Assembly (NCBI GenBank): GCA_051294375.1
Contig: CM119264.1
Span: forward strand, 16,093,245-16,157,244
DNA length: 64,000 bases
Source: Paraspadella gotoi
Lineage: Eukaryota; Animalia; Chaetognatha
Reading direction: 5' to 3'
Shown piece after piece: positions 12,948 through 40,556 of this stretch (within the stretch, counting starts at the first letter, position 1; the number at the start of each line of letters is the position of its first letter). The notes under the pieces were generated by a model. The model was not told the origin of the DNA, ran no database searches, and saw only the letters and a list, made by a program, of their open reading frames with translations. The translations under genes were made by a program, and so were the position numbers.

Positions 12948-13424
12948 AAGGCGTAGTGAAAGTTAAATACGAAAATTCTAAAAGTTAATTATGAACAACA
13001 TACCATCAGTGAGCATTAATTTGTAAAAAAAATTAATTTTATATTTTTTAATTTTCGCAGTAGGCTATATTTATATATAGTACTATCCTTATAAAATTTA
13101 ATATATAAAAAGTTAATTTCCAGCTTAAAATATAGCTTTTTCTAATTTTTGACCCACATAATGAAGGAATTTTTCAAAAAGAGTTATATTTCTTTCTATC
13201 AACTTTTTAAGACAAATCCAAATCTGCAAAAAAATCTTAGAAAAAACTGTTTTGAAATTTTAACATTTATTGGTTTAGTACTAGTATAAATATGGCCTAC
13301 TGCGTAAATTGTAAAATTTATTATAAATTCTTTTATTATATAAATGTTCATTAATATAATGTTGTTCGTTCCTTACTTTTAGAATTTTAAATTAAAGTTA
13401 AATTTAGGAATTTTACTACGCCTT
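12948..13424. mobile_element. MITE with long terminal inverted repeats
   Basis: Begins TAAGGCGTAGT and ends ACTACGCCTTA. Subterminal CGCAGTAGGCTATATTTATA mirrors TATAAATATGGCCTACTGCG. A second copy lies in opposite orientation at 35873-36483. Confidence 0.7.
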
Positions 13425-13960
13425 ACTCTATACCCAAATAATTAATTTTTAAATATTTATTTATAAAAATTTTTTTGATAATTTTAAATTTTATGACCAT
13501 ATTTAGATAGCTTGTAAAAAGTTGTCTACACAAAGTATAATGCTTTTTTAAATATTTTTATGATAAGTGAGTCAAAAATAAAAAAAACCATAAAAAAATG
13601 TCATAATAATCTTTCAATGATTTTATCAGTTTTTATGTTTTCACTTAAAAAACGTAGGAATTTTTAAAAGTTGTAATTATATTTCTTGTTTATGTTTTTA
13701 TGCTATATCAGAATCCATCAAAAAAATTTTAAAATTTGAAAAAACAAATTTTATAATGCGAAAAATGACAAGTAATATTTAACGTATTAATCCAGATGTA
13801 TAATGTAAATTTTTTTTGAAAATGATTGCTTAAATATTCATTCAAGACAACTAAAGAAAACTTTGCCAATAGTCAAATTTTTTTATTATTTCCGGAGTTG
13901 ATCCCTAATTACAGTATTCTTTTTTTTTTCTTTACAAAGATTCTCCAAAGAGAAGAGCAA

Positions 13961-15744
13961 ATGTATTCGAAAATCCAAAGATTGATCTTCGCTTCTTGTC
14001 TCCTTATCTTAAGAAGGGAAACCGTAGCCGAGGTAAAAGAGGTCAAAGAATGATTTTTCAAAATAAAATACATTTATTGTTATGGAATTGAAATTTAAAG
14101 ACATGAGATTTATTTTCACAGGATGAATTGGAATTCGAAAGCCTTTTGAACAAAGAAAGCAGCAAGAAACCATTGATGGCAGGTACGTAAAAAATGACGT
14201 GCGTTCCGGATTCAGATTCCCCTCGTGGGGTTAGGGTCCTACAGAGTGTCTCAAGCGTGCTGTCACTTTACAAATGAACGCTGTGTCAATTTGGTATGGT
14301 GAATTATTAATTTGAAAGAACCACCGAAAAGATAAGTTTTTATAGTTTTTTCTGGTATCTATATTATCTTATTTATTTTTATTTTTATTGACACAATGCG
14401 CGGTTCAAATCAGGGAGAATTTTTGTTTTGACAATCCATCAAAAAATTTAGGCGTTATTAATTTTATTTAGTAGTCCTGCTTTTAGTTAAAAAATGATTG
14501 TTAGTAGGCTACCTTTTTTATTGTGCCTTTTCCTAAGAATTTTGTAGATTGGGAATGATTGACGATAATGATAATGATTTCAGAGGTGAAGATGAAAAGA
14601 AAGATTGTGAAGGAAATTAGTTTTTATGGACGCTCATTAAGTTTACCTTCAGGAAACTGATAAACGCTATAAATTTAGTAAGCTATGATTCAGAATATAA
14701 TCTGAGATGCGTAGAGTAAATGGTGTAAGCCGAGATAGCGGTTGCATGAATCAAACGAACCTTAAAAAACTAAAACATTGAATACAAAAATAAAGAGTAT
14801 GGTATTAACGTAAAAGGACCTTGCTTTCATTGACTCACTTAGTTGATATTATTTTCGCAGACAATTTCGCAAGAATGGAGCCTTTCTCAACCCGAGCAGC
14901 CTCGCGAGGAGCTCCAGAAAGAAATCACCAATTTGAGGACCGACTGGACCGAGAGACTCCACACGAAACTATTTTAGAAACGGGAGAGGATCCGTCGACA
15001 GCAATGCCCTCGAAACGACCATCCGTTTGGGCGGGGCTCTCGGGTCAATCTCGTCCCTTCTGGGGCCGACAGTTGTACAAGCGATCATGGCAGGTTCCAT
15101 CCTTGGCTGAGCAGGACCGATCAGTCTGGGGTCGTCAACTTTACAAGCGCCCCTCCGACTGGACAGTCGCTTCCGATTCCTCCGCTCCGGTCTGGGGCCG
15201 ACAATTGTACAAACGACCCTCGCAGTGGACGGCGCTTTCGGGCAAAGCAGGCCCAGTCTGGGGGCGTCAATTGTATAAGCGGCCCTCAGAGATCTCCGCT
15301 GCATCGGCCCAAGGTCAACGACAGCCGACTGAAAGGCAATTGTACAAGCGACCCTCGAGTTGGTCGGTCGTTCCCGACCGCGATCGCCCTATGTGGGGTC
15401 GGCAGCTGTACAAACGACTTTCAGAAGTTGAGACGAATCTGCCGCAGTCGCAGCCGCAGTTCCGCCAGGAGCCGGAGACGAACCTCCTCCTCCCTGGCGA
15501 TGACCATAAAAGGTCGACCTCGTTTCCCGCGGAGAGCTGGGTCAAGAAGTCGGCGGGAGAGAGGATCGAACGCGGATGGAATCGACTCACTTTCAAGAGG
15601 GACCACGGGTAAGTTCTAATACAGAATTAGAATACGTAAAACCGTTTTTTATTGCAATAAAATAATTATATCATTAAAAAACTTATTAATGAAAAAAAAT
15701 ATTTAGAATAACATTAATAAAAAAAATATTTTATAAGGAACTAA
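13961..15744 (+). CDS. Neuropeptide precursor with repeated W-x10-WGRQLYKR units (Wamide / MIP-allatostatin B-like)
   Basis: Exons 13961-14032 (MYSKIQRLIFASCLLILRRETVAE, signal-like), 14122-14182, 14861-15608 and 15738-15744 all splice in phase. Six KR-flanked repeats end in RQLYKR, five of them in WGRQLYKR. AATAAA follows at about 16075. Confidence 0.88.
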
Positions 15745-16939
15745 ACCGGAATCACAAAGATCCCTTTCGACCAAGACGAATCGACAACATGGCATTATTA
15801 GCGTCTGTATATATGACGTTCAAACTGAAAATTGATCAATGATCATGCTTCGATAAACTACGAGAGACCAATTGCTGCTCATTTAAATTTTAATGTATCT
15901 ATCGCAAAAACCGTCTAATAGTTTAGTAATTAGTTATCAATGTTTAAATCCACACTCGTAATTTCTTACTCATCCTTTCACCGAGAAAAAAATGTATTCA
16001 TTGTTTTCTGTTGCTGAATTTGATTGTTCGTAATTCCATTTTCAACTGATATCTGTTTGAACCATTTTGTGAGTAATAAACTGGAAATGTAGGCTTTGTC
16101 TGATTATGACTTTTTCTCTTTACTTTTCGCGTTTGTTTCATGTGCAATACAGAGGTGACTAATAAACTTTAATAGTTTAAATCATTTTATCATTTTTCAG
16201 TTCATTACCAGACAGATACATTCACTATATTAATCAGATCTTTAGTGGCTCACTGAGTATTGCCATCAATGGCTCAATGAGTAATGCCATCAGTCCATGG
16301 CCAACAGGTACCGGGATCGATCCCCAAGGGTACCCTTCCTGCGGCTGTAAACCGCCTTGGGGGAGTGGTAAACCCTCAAACCTGATTCCAAGCCAAGGAC
16401 CCGTTCCACGGCTGCTTGAGGGGTTAAAGATATTTCGGATAGCGCTTAGCGCTGTTTCCGCAATACGACAAGAATACATAGTAAAATTTTCGAAAAAAAA
16501 AAAAGAATTTAAGTTTATTCTGACAGCGTGTCTACTGTCTTGCCCAAACATTTAGTGTGCCAACTGCAGTAAGTCAGGCAGACTTTCAAGTAAGTTGCGC
16601 CGAAACTTCGGATCAGGGAGACTGGTTATTGGTTAGTGGTTAATGGTTAAGAGGACTGTGACAAGGATGATTTCTATAAGCAGGGTTAAAATGAAGGACC
16701 ATTGGGTTCGGAGACGAAGAATTAGCCCAATGCACTAAAGGCGACAGCCACATCGAACGATTAGTGATTACGTCACTTCGCTTATTTTTATTTTTACTAA
16801 GTTGGAAAAGTTAAAGAAATCGATACTTGCCAAGCAATAAATCGATAACTCCCGAGTATTTGGCCAACTGAGGTAAAACTAAAAGCCATCGTCGATTCAA
16901 CGAGTGAGTGACGCGATCGATTTTCGTTATTTCCAATTT

Positions 16940-31559
<14,620 letters not shown>

Positions 31560-32074
31560 AAAATTATATACTCTTTTTAAATGTCCATTTTTAAGTTTTA
31601 ATTAATGAACCGAAAATGATGACGTTCAAGTTAACATAACAAACAAAAAATTTATTTGTTCTTTTATTTAGAATTATATATCATGATATACTTAAGAACT
31701 TCTAGGTTCTTGACCTTGTCTTGCTTTGATCGTAGGACGAAGGAAAAGACCTACAATTTAGGGTTTGCCACACGGAATACGTTTCAAAACAAAAGGAGGC
31801 AAGGGGGGCTATGGGGATGAGGATTCGCAAAAGAAAAAAGTCAAATCAAAGTCATTGGAAAACAAAGGAGGAAGGAAAAAAGAAAGGGGAGACTGCAACA
31901 TGAAACACGTTGCAAAGTATGGTAAAGGGAAAAATAGAAAAGGGAATCCATATGGCATATAAAAAAGATAGGAAATAAGAAGAGAATGATGGCCCTTTTT
32001 GAAAACCCCAAAAGGAAAATGAGAAAAAAGAAAGAAGGCTATGAAAAAGTTATCGCAAAAGAAACAAGAACGGT

Positions 32075-33300
32075 GATTCCATTGTGTAGCGCCGCAGTGA
32101 CTTTATTTTCACGTGTATTTCCCTTTAATCACATGATATGACATGAAATGATATGGCATGACATGAGTAGAAAACTTTCTTAGCCCTTGTATTTATGACA
32201 TGCACTACATCGAGTCTTTATTCCTTATAGTTTTATAATTTCCTGAAAACGGTGCCAACGGTCCCTTAGATTTGAGGTTTTTTCCTGTCTTAACCAACTA
32301 CTATCTAGGAAAAAAGTATATAACATAATTCATTTATTCAATAAAAAGTATACAAAACATGGGTAAAAATTCTCAATATTTGGTATGCCCTTTCTTGGCA
32401 TCAACTACTGCCTGCATTCATCTGAGCATGCTCTCATACAGCAAATTGAGGTATGACAGTAAAATGTTTTTCCACATCTTTAACGCAATTATTTTCAGAC
32501 CCGATATTGATGTTGCATATCTTTCCCTCTTTTCTAAAAGGTATAATAGTACTTTTTTGAACCAAAAAGAGATGCAAGGCTTTTAGCATTGCCAAATTAA
32601 AAAAAAATAACTATTCAAAATAAAAACAAATAACTAAATACTAAAAATGTAACATTATTTTTTGGCTTGTAACTTCTAAACGATTTGACCTACAAAAAAA
32701 TGGAAGGAAGCGACTGAAAAGAAATTAAATGATTCAGATATTTTTAAAATCAAACAAGTTTTTGAATAGATATCTTTTATTAAAAATGTTATATACTTTT
32801 TTCCTAGATAGTTTAGGCAAATTATATGGATTTTAACGTGATTGGGAAAGACCAATGGACAGATATACCGACCGACAGACCAACCAAGAAGTGGCTTATA
32901 GAGTTGCTCCGCGAGTGAGTACTAAAAACTAAAAACAGGAAGAGAGTAAAAATGGGAGTTTTGTAGATAGCCAAATGGAGGTTTATGCGGGGAAAAGAAA
33001 GAAAAAGAAAAAATAAAGAAAAATTTTAAAACCAGTAATAGAAAAAAGAAAATAAGAAAAAAAAGTATTAACAAGAACAGTGATTCCAATGTGTAGCACT
33101 GCAGTGACTTTATTTTCACGTGTATTTCCCTTTAATTACATGATATTACATGACTTGACATGACTAAAAAACTTTCTTTGCTCGTGTATTTATAATATGC
33201 ACTGCATCAAAATTCCCTCTTTTATTCCTTATAGTTTTAGGTATTCCTAAAGGCGGCACTAGCAGTCCCTTAGATTTGAGGTTTTTTCTGTCTTAACAAA
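32075..33300. repeat. Two diverged direct copies of a ~220 bp repeat
   Basis: GTGATTCCA.TGTGTAGC.C.GCAGTGACTTTATTTTCACGTGTATTTCCC...GTCCCTTAGATTTGAGGTTTTT.CTGTCTTAAC occurs at about 32072-32295 and 33080-33297. Confidence 0.7.
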
Positions 33301-33462
33301 TGAGCAATAGATATGCAATTATATGCATTTTTAACGTAAGTGGGACAGAACGAGTAATCGCGGAGCAACTAAAAAAGTTACGGCAGAGCGTAACAAAGAA
33401 GGGAAAGCTTGAACTCGGAGGAGGAAGAGAGAAAGAGAGTAAAAGAAATAGAAAAAGAAAGA

Positions 33463-33494
<32 letters not shown>

Positions 33495-33550
33495 GAGCGA
33501 GCGAGAGAACTGAATTGTATTAAGGAAACGAGCTTTGGGCTACATTGTGT

Positions 33551-33609
<59 letters not shown>

Positions 33610-33877
33610 GAATTGAATTCATTTTTAATTATTTTGCCATCAACTTGACTAATAATTAAAAATTATAAACAGAAAATGTCTGATGGAAACATTTGAAATA
33701 TTTGAGGAAAAAATTGATGACGTCAAACAGGGTATTGTGAAAAAGATGTTGTTAGTTCGCCTCAATCGATGTAAGTCAGGGAACTTTCAAAATCCGTTGC
33801 GAAGGAGGTTTTTTAGAAAACTGGGAATGTTGGTTTTTTCCTCGAATTTTAATAACTAAAGAAAAGAAAAGAAAAGA

Positions 33878-33974
<97 letters not shown>

Positions 33975-35872
33975 GAGAGTTCGATAGCATGCAAGAGGGT
34001 CCCGAGAGACCAAATCCCAACCTAGGCGGCGGCTTTCCTTAGTTTTTCCACTCGTCCGAAACCGAAGTTTCAACGAAAGACGTTGAATCAATTGTCGAGC
34101 GTGTCTCAATTACTTCTCAGTTACTGAGTTACTTCTCAGTTACTTCTCGACCCCAACGCAAAAACAATGGAATACGGAAAATAATAAAAACAAGATCAAC
34201 GTGTGTAAACATAACGAATGTATCTAAATTTTAGTTACTTAGGAAACCTAAAACCTAAAACTTTTATAAAAAAAAATCCGTGTTTATTTAGTTAGTTTTA
34301 GTTTTATGTTCGAATAACAATTTTCATCAAACATTTTATCGAGGTATTCCGATTCATGTGCTCATCTATTATTTTCTGAAAGATCTTGAATCAAAGATGA
34401 AGAAAGAAACAGAAAACAATGAAACATTGAATGAGAAAGGTTAGAGGTGAAAGTGTCTCGCCTCGAATATAAATATTAATGGCTGAGCTGAAGTTCTTAT
34501 TTCGATAAATCTAGTTTTTAAATATCTGATACATAACAATACTGAGAATTGGTTTTGGGCAAAACGCAATTAGAAAGAAAGAAATTTACATAATACCTTT
34601 TGCTGTTTCAACCGTTGCTGCTGTTTTATTTAGAAATCTAGATTCTATTCTAATTCAGGGTAACTTTACTATTCGACGACCGCTACAAACCTTAGCTACC
34701 ACCGGTCGGTGATATGTTAATCCGTTGAACTTTCGTCTTGAAGTCTACTTTCAGGTAAAAAAAGAATTTATAAAAAAAGTTTGATTTTAATGCTTTTATT
34801 GTTGCTATTAAAATTACAATATTACTATATAATGTTAAAAATTTTAATCAATCTTAACTTTTTTTGGTGGATTCTGATAAAGAAAAAAAAGTTAAATAAA
34901 AAATATAACTACAACTTTCAAAAATTATTATCTTTTTTTGGTCAAAATTAAGAAAAAGTAATAAAATTATTGAAAGATGATGATGATGATGACTATAAAT
35001 AGTTTTTCATATTTTTTACGAACTTATGATCAAAATATCAAAAAAAAAGAATTATACTTTGTGCAGACAACTTTTTGCAAGCTACCTGAATCAGATCTTA
35101 AAAATAAAAAAAAAATTTTAAAAAATTTAAGCCTTTCCTACTTAGAAAAAAATATAAAAAAATTAATATATGGGGTATGGAGTAATATTAAATTTTTTGT
35201 CTATTCAAATTTTTTAAGAAATGTCTAAATTTTCGTTTGAGCAGGTGCTTAATTCAAATTTCTTAACCACCTTACTGAGTTAAGCTATCCCTACCTCTAG
35301 CGTCGAGTCACAATTTGCGCAGTAATACAATTTTTTTAAAAATTAAAAATAGATTCGGATTCGTCAGAAAAAAATAAGAAACTTTTGTAAAATATGTTTT
35401 AAAATATTTTAATGTTAATGCTGAGAAAAATGACAAAAACACTTTATAATATAATAGTTTCTACTTAGAGAATGAAAAATTTGAGAATTTTAACCTTTTT
35501 TTTCAATTTTGACACTGTAGATATTGAAATTTGTAATAATATGTTTTATATTTTAGGTCTAACTTTTTATGAGAAATCTGAATCTTTCATAAAAATTTCA
35601 AAAAAATTATTTTGAAAATTTTATATTTTATAAGGATAATACTATAAATATATTCTATTTTGCTTTTCTGTTCCCAAAACAATATGAACAAAATATTTTT
35701 TTTAAACGATAATCATACTATCTCGTACAAAATTATTATTGTTAATTGACTAAAATCATATTTTTGTTTTCAAGTGCTCCACTCTAGTGGTGAGGGATTA
35801 GGGGTGGTTAGGGGTGGTTAAGCATTAGCGGTAGTTAGGGTTAGGGATTAGGGGTAATTAGGGTTAGGGAGT

Positions 35873-36483
35873 AAGGCGTAGTAAAATTTCTAAATTTAAC
35901 TTTAATTAAAATTCTAAAAGTGAGGAACGAACAACATTATACTAATAAACATTTATGTAATAAAAAAATTTATAATAAATTTTACAATTTTCGCAGTAGG
36001 CCATATTTATACTAGTACTAAACCAATAAATGTTAAAATTTCAAAACAGTTTTTTCTAAGATTTTTTTGCAGATTTGGATTTTTCATAAAAAGTTGATAA
36101 AAAGAAATATAACTCTTTTTGAAAAATTCCTTCATTAAGTGGGTCAAAAATTAGAAAAAGCTATATTTTAAACTGAAAATTAAATTTTTATATATTAAAT
36201 ATAGTTTTTTTAATTTTTAACCCACTTAATGAAAGAATTTTTAAAAATGATTTATATTTTCTTTTATCAACTTTTGACGAGGAATTCAAATCTGCAATCA
36301 AAATTAAGAAGAGCCTATTTTGAAATTTTTCGATTTTATAAGGTTAGTACTATATATAAATATAGCCTACTGCGAAAATTAAAAAACCTAAAATAAATTT
36401 TATTTACAAATTAATGTTCACTTTTGGTATGTTGTTCATAATTGACTTTTAGAATTTTTGTATGTAACTTTCACAACGCCTTA
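35873..36483. mobile_element. MITE, second copy of the 12948-13424 family
   Basis: TAAGGCGTAGTAAAATT ... TTTCACAACGCCTTA termini. The interior is the reverse complement of 12948-13424. Confidence 0.7.
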
Positions 36484-37269
36484 TTAGGGAGGTTTCGAAA
36501 TGAAATTTGAAATAAAAACTTTTTTTACCCTTACCAGTTTTTTTTATTTTTGCGTAACGAGTTTTCTATATGTCGCTCATAAAAACCGAGCCTTTTTTAA
36601 AAAATTTCATAGCAGAATCATGTATTTAATTTTCTTTATAGTAATATCCTTATAAAATTATGAAATTTCAAAATAATATATTTTTCATTTTGAGAAGTTT
36701 TGGATTCGCCGCAAAAAACTAAAAAAATTTTGTAAAATATGTTCTATGATATTTTTTATGTTAAAGCAGCGAAAAATAAGTAAAACGTAAAGAAAAAGTG
36801 GAGAATTTTGACCTTTTTTTCGTTTTTGACGCTAAAGACATAAGAATTTTTGATAAATTATTTTATATTTTTGGTCTAACCTTTATGAAAAATCAGAATC
36901 TGTAATAAAAATTTCTAAAAAATTCATTTGAAAATTTACTATTTTATAAGGATATTACTATAAATATATTATATTTTATGATACTGTTCCCCAAACAATC
37001 TGAGCAAAATATTTTTTGTACTCGATAATCATGTTATCTCACATCTAAATATCATTGTTTGTTAACTAAAACAAAATTTTTGTTACCTAGACTCTAGAGC
37101 TAAAGCAAGAGCTCCATCCACTCTTATAAACAACATTATACATTAGAACATCTAATTATAAAAAAAAATTTCATACGTAACTTTCGCTAACGCTCTAGAC
37201 TTGACTAGACCTGATGTGGCAAGATGTCGATCATCATCGCTATTCACAATTAACTTTGGCACCCACGTC

Positions 37270-39932
37270 ACGGGCGTCAGTTGCATTGGCCAGCGTACGT
37301 CGCTGTATCGGTGACCGTTGACGTCATCGTCGTCGTCGTCGGCGGCTGCGGCGAGAAGCGAGGTCCTGGTTGTGCATTGAGCAAAGATGAAATCACGACT
37401 CACTTTTGCTTTTCTCAAATTCGTCACTTGTCAAAAGAAATTACTTTTTTCTTCTCTCCTGCCAAAGTTGCATCATCCACGATTTGAGCAGCCAGCCATT
37501 TCTCTCCCTTCTCGTTTCTCCTTTCATTTCTTCTCTTGCTCCTTCCTCTTCGGCGTCTTTTCCCTCCCGTTCCTCCTCCTCCTTTCTACCCTCTCCCTTA
37601 TTCCCCTCTCTTCTCATTTTCCCCGCGTTCACCAAAACTTTCCTCCCGTCATTCTTCTCCGTTGCCCATTTGTTCGTCGATTCGGAACGGAGGCTCCAGG
37701 CGATGTTTTCGCCGTCGGCCGTCAGCGGAACGTCGTTCGCTTCTGGCAGGAAAACAAATGAGCGAACTGAGAACAATAGTGAGATCGAATTGCCGGGAAT
37801 AATATTTGAATTCGATTAGAATATCTTGAAAGAATAATTTTAACATCTCATGAATTCTCAATAGGTCGTGTTTATCTCTCTCTCTCTCTCTCCCTCTCTC
37901 TCACTTCCGGTGTTGGGTTTTTCTAGGCACCATCTTGAAACCTCTTCCTTTCTTTCGCCATTTTCGCTCGTTATGTTAGTCAGATCATCAAAAGATGCTG
38001 TTGACATGGAAGGCGTTAGACCGGAAGTTGCAAGGGCGACGTCAAAGCCGCGACGTTGCAGCATGGCACCAATGGCCGCATCTTCGACGACCAGGTGCGG
38101 AACCTTATAATGACGGTGGCGCCGCCGTGGGTGTTTCTCGTCGTTAATATGCTTCCCCCATCCTAACATATACCTAATACATTATGAGCACATCAGGAAT
38201 AAAAGAGATAAAAATAACATTATTAGTGTAAAGTAAAGATTATAGAAATACAAGGCATTGGAATTTCATTACTTTATATTAAAATTTACAATGAAAAACT
38301 AACGAACTTTAGGCATGACTATTCCCACGCAATTCCAAGCGAACGACATTCGTCAATAAAAACTAAGAAATATCGTCACCTGGTGCCGACTTCGCCGTAA
38401 TTTTGCATTCGAGGAGCAGAATATGAAATTGAGGCGTCGCAGTTATCATCTTTTTTGTCGTTGTCATCGGTGACGTCATCCTCGCTGTAAGAATCGTCGT
38501 CGTCGTCGCCGGAAGATAATGTCGCGCTCAGCAAGCGACGGTAACTCCTGCAGCAATTTAACAATTTCCAAAAAATTCTGATTTTAGACATTTAAGAAAA
38601 AAAAATGTATTCAAGACATAAATAATAGAATTTCTTACTCGAAAGCTCGAATTCTTCTTTCCTTTCTCTTAACTTTCATGTTTTCTTCCCTATGGCTGAT
38701 GACGCCGCCAACGTTGACTCCGTCATTCTCCGATTTCCGCTCATTTTTTTCCTTCCGATCACTCCAGAGGCGCCACCGCTGTGGTTAGAGGGCAAACAAA
38801 AGAGCATCTATCAACAATTGCGACTCGCAGACTCGAAGACTTCGAGAATAACATCATCCCCATTAATCATCGGGAGCCGCGAAAGTCGAGGTTTCATTCT
38901 GAGGAGGGAAAAGGAAAAATAAGATGGAGATCGGGTGAGGTGGCGAGAATCAAGAGACATGAAGGCCAAAGGAAAAGAAGCAGGTGGCGGAAATGCAGCT
39001 TTGTTTGTTGATCATGACGCCGATGATTCGTTTCAATTAGGCGGTGAATGACAGGAAGAAATTCAATGAGATTTCCCACGCGAAAAGAGAAAGAAGGCGA
39101 GAGTTTGATTTAATTCCTCGCAACATTATTAGATATTTTCCTTGGGGTGTCGGCAGACTATTTTAAGAGGCACATTTAACCTATTTCAAAACAGAAAAGG
39201 CAAAATAAATATTTTTTAAAAATATTCTAAGTAATACGAATTTAATTTTTTACGTTTTCTATTAGTAATATTTTATTTTCATTTAACTAACATGAGAACT
39301 AGCAATTTGCTTCCCTATTTCTTATTTATATGCAAAGATTAACGGAAAATAATGATATAATTATAAAAAAAACCAATCATTCCTTTAAATTCGGATCCCT
39401 TTTGTATTTGTGTTATCGCTTGGACAGACCCGAATCCTTCGGCTTTCTTCAAGGCAAATGTCGCAGGTCCGACCGTAGGCCTGATCGCCAGAATAGCATG
39501 GACGACCTGATCGAGATCGAAGTTGCAGCAAAGAATTCTTCCCGCAAGAGGAGCAAGACTCGATCGGCAGGTGGAAGGAGGTATCGAGTTGATCCTCGCA
39601 CATATTATCCGCTTATAGAGGAGAGGATTTAAGAGAAGGTTAGGAAATGGCAGTTTTTCAACTATCTCCAAATTAACCTGTAAGTTGTTGTCGTACTTTG
39701 CAAAGAATCTCAAATTCAACCTTTTTTTCAATCTCTGTCTTCCAAGTAGAGGGGCTTTTTATTTCCTTTTGTATAAACTAAAAAAAATATATATTGAGAA
39801 TGAGTTTGAGAGAGAGAGAAAAAAAAAAGAGCTGTAATTGCAGAAACTTCTCACGTTTGTCTTTTCTCTCTTCAAACATTCAACTTCTTCGTTAAAATTC
39901 TTCGTTTCACGTTGCATTGTGGCGTTCGATAA
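37270..39932 (-). CDS. Uncharacterised multi-exon gene with a CxxC...CxxC exon; boundaries approximate
   Basis: In-phase exons MQRETKNFNEEVECLKREKTN (~39915-39855), FIQKEIKSPSTWK... (~39777-39678) and DNMCEDQ...SCSSCGK...RTCDICLEESRRIR (~39611-39430). Further GC-rich exon-like ORFs lie at 38.4-38.9, 37.86-38.17 and 37.3-37.78 kb. Confidence 0.45.
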
Positions 39933-40089
39933 TTTTTCCTTGATTTACCATAAAGTTCAGTTAAAACTACAGATAGTTCTCCTTGAAAATAACATTTTTT
40001 TGAAAAAAAAATTTGTCGATTTAATTTATCAAATTTTGATTTGTTTGATGTTGAAAAGTTTGTTTCATACCGCAAGTCGAAGACTTCTG

Positions 40090-40380
40090 GTTCTGCTGTG
40101 GCAACTAAAATTTTCCATTATTGATCGTAGATCAAGTATTCAGCTTATCAAAAGGGATTGCTTAGAGAGATTTATCTCCGAAAACTAATCTAGTCGTACT
40201 AGTAGTTAAGGACTGAGAAGTCACGCTCGAATTCCAATAGGTCTGGCCCGTTCGCAACGATTCTCCCATTGGCTGGATTTAAAATCACAGTTCTCCGACG
40301 AACATCTCACGTTATCCTAAATTAAAAAGGTTGTCAACGGTTGCCAAGAGATATCGAGTACTTAGCAAAGTAACCATCCA
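40090..40380. promoter_or_regulatory. Bidirectional promoter region with CCAAT boxes and RFX X-box-like motifs
   Basis: CCAAT at about 40234 and ATTGG at about 40268. X-box-like GTTGCCAAGAGAT at about 40340 and GCTGTGGCAAC at about 40096. The region lies between divergent genes, one of them the centrosomal/ciliary CCDC81. Confidence 0.4.
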
Positions 40381-40556
40381 CGATTTTTTCGTCGGGTTTT
40401 TTTTTCAGAGCTAAAAGACGTTTGGTCGATCGGGCAGTCATCATTTTACTTTTTAATTGTAGTTAATTTTATGGACGTTCCTCCCTTCTGTATGAAGAGA
40501 TAAAATTATGAAAAGCTGAGAAGAGAAGATGAAGTAAGTGTCATTTTTTCGTCCAG

